Source: an uncultured Chloroflexia bacterium
Lineage (GTDB): Bacteria; Chloroflexota; Limnocylindria; Limnocylindrales; CSP1-4
Assembly (NCBI GenBank): GCA_963712745.1
Contig: CAVQJC010000020.1
Location: 160,001 to 224,000, forward strand
Direction of reading: 5' to 3'
Length of the DNA: 64,000 nucleotides
Below the pieces are notes generated by a model. That model worked only from the letters and a program-made list of their open reading frames with translations, was not told the DNA's origin and made no database searches. Made by a program: the position numbers and the translations under genes. The first letter of the stretch is position 1; every line of letters starts with the position of its first letter. Of the stretch, positions 60,452 to 64,000 are shown piece by piece.

Positions 60452-61636
60452 CTACTTGATGCCGGCGTCGTCCCTGAGCTGCGCCGCCTTGTCGGTGCGC
60501 TCCCAGGGCAGGTCCAGGTCTTCGCGCCCGAAGTGGCCGTAGGCCGCAGTCTGGCGGTAGATCGGCTGCCACAGGTCGAGGGCATTGATGATGCCTGCTG
60601 GACGGAGGTCGAAGTGCTGTTCCACCAGCTTCTGGATCTCGGCGTCGGCGATGGCGCCGGTGCCGAACGACTCGACCGAGATGCTGACTGGTTCGGCGAT
60701 CCCGATACCGTAGGCCAGCTCCACCTCGAAGCGGTCGGCCAGGCCGGCTGCGACAACGTTCTTGGCCACCCAGCGGGCCGCGTACGCTGCCGAGCGGTCG
60801 ACCTTCGTCGGATCCTTGCCGCTGAAGGCCCCGCCGCCGTGCCGAGCCATCCCGCCGTATGTGTCCACGATGATCTTGCGGCCTGTGAGCCCGGCGTCGC
60901 CCATGGGCCCGCCCAGTTCGAACCAGCCAGTGGGATTGACGTGCATGATCGGATCCTGAGGGCGTAGTCCAGGCTCGATGCTGGGCAGGATCACCGTCTC
61001 CATGACGTCGGCCCGCAACTGCTCGATGCGGATATCGGGATCGTGCTGGGTTGAGACAACGACGGTGCCCACCCGCTTGGGCTGACCGTCCTCGTATTCG
61101 ACGGTGACCTGGGTCTTGCCGTCCGGTCGCAGATAGTGAAGCTGACCGCTCTTGCGCACCTCGGCGAGGCGGCGGGACATGCGGTGGGCGAGGGCGATGG
61201 GCAGGGGCATGAGCTCCGGCGTCTCGCGGCAGGCGAAGCCGAACATCATGCCTTGGTCGCCTGCCCCCAACTCCTGGCCGTCGACACCCATGGCGATGTC
61301 CGGCGATTGCTCCTTGATCGAGACGAGCGTGCCGCAGGTCAGGTAGTCGAAGCCATACTCGGCCTTGGTGTAGCCGATATCACGAACCGTGTCCCGTACG
61401 ATCGCCTGGAAGTCGACATAACCCTGGGTCGAGATCTCGCCCAGGACCATCACCAGCCCGGTAGTGGTCGCGGTCTCACAGGCGACCCGCGGCTCTGGGT
61501 ACCGGTGGGCGGCGGCGTCGGTGATGATGGCATCAAGGATGGCGTCCGAGATCTGGTCGCACATCTTGTCGGGGTGGCCCTCGGTGACCGACTCGGAAGT
61601 GAAGAGATACGGGCCCGAGTCGGTGATCCTGGTCAT
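60452..61636 (-). CDS. metK: S-adenosylmethionine synthetase
   Basis: [19 protein letters not shown] and [16 protein letters not shown]. Confidence 0.97.
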   Translation of the reverse strand: MTRITDSGPYLFTSESVTEGHPDKMCDQISDAILDAIITDAAAHRYPEPRVACETATTTGLVMVLGEISTQGYVDFQAIVRDTVRDIGYTKAEYGFDYLTCGTLVSIKEQSPDIAMGVDGQELGAGDQGMMFGFACRETPELMPLPIALAHRMSRRLAEVRKSGQLHYLRPDGKTQVTVEYEDGQPKRVGTVVVSTQHDPDIRIEQLRADVMETVILPSIEPGLRPQDPIMHVNPTGWFELGGPMGDAGLTGRKIIVDTYGGMARHGGGAFSGKDPTKVDRSAAYAARWVAKNVVAAGLADRFEVELAYGIGIAEPVSISVESFGTGAIADAEIQKLVEQHFDLRPAGIINALDLWQPIYRQTAAYGHFGREDLDLPWERTDKAAQLRDDAGIK

Positions 61637-61799
61637 GAAACAGCGCTCTCCTGTGATGGGGTCCGCGAAGGTTAGCACGCGAATCAGGCTCTCTCCCGCC
61701 CCGGGCCAAGCGACCCGGTGGCCTGTGCCCCGCGGCAGGCCACTTCGGGACCGATGGCCGTGCCCAAGACCGAAAACGCGCGCGCATGCTGCAACCCAT

Positions 61800-62528
61800 A
61801 TGGTCAACCTTCCCACCTCGATCGACCCCAAGCGCGCGGCGGAATACCTTGCCGACTGGGGTTTCCTCGCCGACCCCGACCTGCCCGACCGGCCGGGGCC
61901 AGCCTTCCTGCTCGTGGCCATCCGGGCCAAGCCGACCCTGCGCCACTACGACCCTGAACTGGTCGAGTACTGGGTCACTGGCGCGCGCGGCTTCGGCGTG
62001 CGCGAGGCCATCACCTACGCCAGCCGGATGCCGCGCGAGGCGGAGTTCTCCTGGGGCCGGATCACGGTCTCCGATCGCAAGGGCGTGGCCAACAGCTACG
62101 TCTCCTTCGGCGGCACCATGCGCGCCGAGCGCATCGACGGCGAGGTCATCTGCGTCTTCGAATCGCCGGCGCCGCTGCTGCGCCGTGGCGGTCACTCACA
62201 GGGCTGGGACACCGGCTCGTACAGCGTGGGCGGGTTCTTTGGGCGCTTCCGGGCCGCTGCTGGCTACCAGCACGAGTTCGAGACGCTGGCCGCCAAGGTC
62301 GACCCGGTGACACGTTACTCGGCCTTCGTCCACGAGCTGATGGCGCGCTACCGCTCGAGCGAGTACCTGCGTGACCATTACCCCAAGCTGTGGACCATCA
62401 TGGTCGGCGAGGAGAGGCGCCTGAAGCGCGACCATCCTGTGGCCTGGGCCGAGGGCGCGGAGTTGCTCGAGTCGACCAAGCGCGTGGCCGGTGGGGGCAG
62501 CATGGCCAGGGTCTTGCGACCGTTCTGA
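61800..62528 (+). CDS. Hypothetical protein (242 aa)
   Basis: Strong GC3 codon bias and globular composition ([20 protein letters not shown]). No family recognised. Confidence 0.75.
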   Translation: MVNLPTSIDPKRAAEYLADWGFLADPDLPDRPGPAFLLVAIRAKPTLRHYDPELVEYWVTGARGFGVREAITYASRMPREAEFSWGRITVSDRKGVANSYVSFGGTMRAERIDGEVICVFESPAPLLRRGGHSQGWDTGSYSVGGFFGRFRAAAGYQHEFETLAAKVDPVTRYSAFVHELMARYRSSEYLRDHYPKLWTIMVGEERRLKRDHPVAWAEGAELLESTKRVAGGGSMARVLRPF

Positions 62529-62836
62529 CCGACCAGTGCCGCGGGTAGGCTACCCCTGCATGTCGCTGCCAGGGACCATCCGACAGAACGTAACGACGAG
62601 CCTGAGCCTTGCGCGCGACCGCGTTAGGCGCTAACCCCGGCGGATGTTGGGGACGTGGTTGCCGCAGGCAGTCGTGCTGCTGATCGTGGGTGGCATCATC
62701 CCCGGCGTGCTCGTGGACGACCTCACGCGTGGCCGCGGCGTTCGGGCGGCGCCCGCCGCCACGCTGAGCGGTGGGAGTCAGAACGGCCGGCGTCTGTGCG
62801 ACACCGGCCATCCGCGACTCAAGCGGGACCGCTCGG

Positions 62837-64000
62837 TCAGGTGCCCTGCTTCCAGGAGTTCGTGTACTCGACCTGCTCGGGGGTCATGCCCTCGATAAAG
62901 ATGCCGCGGGCCTCCAGCTTGAGCCGGGCGATCTGCGCATCGAGGTCCGCGGGCACCACGAGCACCTCGTTGGCCAGCGATTCGTGGTTGCGGGCCACGT
63001 ACTCGGCCGAGAGCGCCTGCCCCGCGAAGCTCATGTCCATGACCGCGGCCGGATGACCCTCGGCCGCACCAAGGTTGACCAGCCGGCCCTCAGCCAGCAG
63101 GTACAGCTTCTTCTCGCCGAGGTCGTACTCCCTGACGCTCTCGCGGACCTCCCGCACGTGTCCCTCGGCCAGCCGCTCGAGCGCGGCCAGCTCGAGCTCG
63201 GCGTCGAAGTGCCCGGAGTTGGCCAGCACGGCGCCGTCGGACATCACGCGGAAGTGCTCCTCGCGGAAGACGTTGAGGTTACCCGTGGCGGTGACGAAGA
63301 TCTCGCCCCACTGGGCCGACTCGCCCGCGGTCATCACCTGGTGGCCGTCCATCAGGGCCTCGATGGCGCGTACCGGATCGACTTCGACCACGGTCACTAG
63401 GGCACCCATGCCGTTGAGGCGATTGGCGATGCCGCGACCGACCCAGCCGTAGCCAGCTACGACGCAGCGGCGCCCGGCCAGAAGGTAGTTGGTCGCGCGC
63501 AGGATGCCATCGACGGTCGACTGGCCCGTGCCGTAGCGGTTATCGAAGAGGTGCTTCGTCTGAGCCTCGTTGACGGCCACGACCGGGAAGGCCAAGGCGC
63601 CATCGGCGGCCATGGCCTTGAGGCGGATGACACCGGTGGTCGTCTCCTCGGTCCCGGCAAGGACCTCGGACAGCTGTCCCGGCCGCTCCTTGTGGAGCAG
63701 CGCCACGAGGTCGCAACCGTCGTCCATGGTGATGTGCGGATGGGTGTCCGCGGCCGCGTTGAGGTGCTGGTAGTAGGTCTCATTGTCTTCGCCACGGATG
63801 GCATAGCAGCTGATGCCGTACTCCGCCACCAGGGCGGCTGCCACGTCGTCCTTCGTGGACAACGGGTTGGAGGCCACGAGCGTGACCTCGGCGCCGCCGG
63901 CCTTGAGCGTGCGCATGAGGTTGGCGGTCTCGGTGGTGACGTGCAGGCAGGCGCCGATACGCAGGCCGGCCAGCGGCTGCTCTCGCTCGAAGCGCTCGCG
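62837..64000 (-). CDS. ahcY: Adenosylhomocysteinase, 5' end outside window
   Basis: [38 protein letters not shown] and [13 protein letters not shown]. Confidence 0.97.
   Translation of the reverse strand, partial: RERFEREQPLAGLRIGACLHVTTETANLMRTLKAGGAEVTLVASNPLSTKDDVAAALVAEYGISCYAIRGEDNETYYQHLNAAADTHPHITMDDGCDLVALLHKERPGQLSEVLAGTEETTTGVIRLKAMAADGALAFPVVAVNEAQTKHLFDNRYGTGQSTVDGILRATNYLLAGRRCVVAGYGWVGRGIANRLNGMGALVTVVEVDPVRAIEALMDGHQVMTAGESAQWGEIFVTATGNLNVFREEHFRVMSDGAVLANSGHFDAELELAALERLAEGHVREVRESVREYDLGEKKLYLLAEGRLVNLGAAEGHPAAVMDMSFAGQALSAEYVARNHESLANEVLVVPADLDAQIARLKLEARGIFIEGMTPEQVEYTNSWKQGT

Noticed and set aside
61637-61799. SAM riboswitch upstream of metK
   Set aside because: I found no SAM-I/II/III core. 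An extended -10-like TGCTAACCT lies only ~35 nt before the ATG, leaving little room for an aptamer.

Overview
GC-rich, densely coding chromosomal core region. The set of hypothetical families suggests a Chloroflexota-like bacterium (inference). I saw no rRNA, tRNA, CRISPR array, IS element or prophage. In order, the window holds: punA (partial), an RDD gene, moaA, DUF4383, acs, a K+ channel, SulP with a desulfurase-like PLP enzyme, two tandem DUF885 peptidases, a degenerate DNA-methyltransferase/nuclease-like fusion, a TPR/HIRAN-like protein, polX, a GGDEF cyclase, an LCP protein, and a long fatty-acid operon headed by an ECF sigma factor and a putative anti-sigma (accD-accA-BCCP-like-accC-fabZ-metallophosphoesterase-fabF-accB-fabH-fabG). 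These are followed by birA, hom-thrC-thrB-lysC, trpS, an AI-2E permease, surE, two phytoene-desaturase-like flavoproteins divergent from a GcvT-like gene, vapBC, a cobalamin-riboswitch ABC importer, a secreted metzincin, a GDP-mannose/sulfotransferase/GT4 cluster, metK and ahcY (partial). The strongest candidate for an undescribed system is a BCCP paralogue with no lysine at all. It cannot be biotinylated, resembles plant BADC proteins and sits in the usual accB position of the acetyl-CoA carboxylase operon, while the real accB is displaced. Also notable are the degenerate MTase-REase fusion beside polX, a promoter-bounded structured RNA upstream of punA, a recurrent leaderless promoter pattern (-10 box, 6 nt, start codon), and five frameshifts that all lie at or near GATC. 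The frameshifts are probably sequencing artefacts and may hint at GATC modification. All family assignments come from motif recognition by eye; no searches were run.
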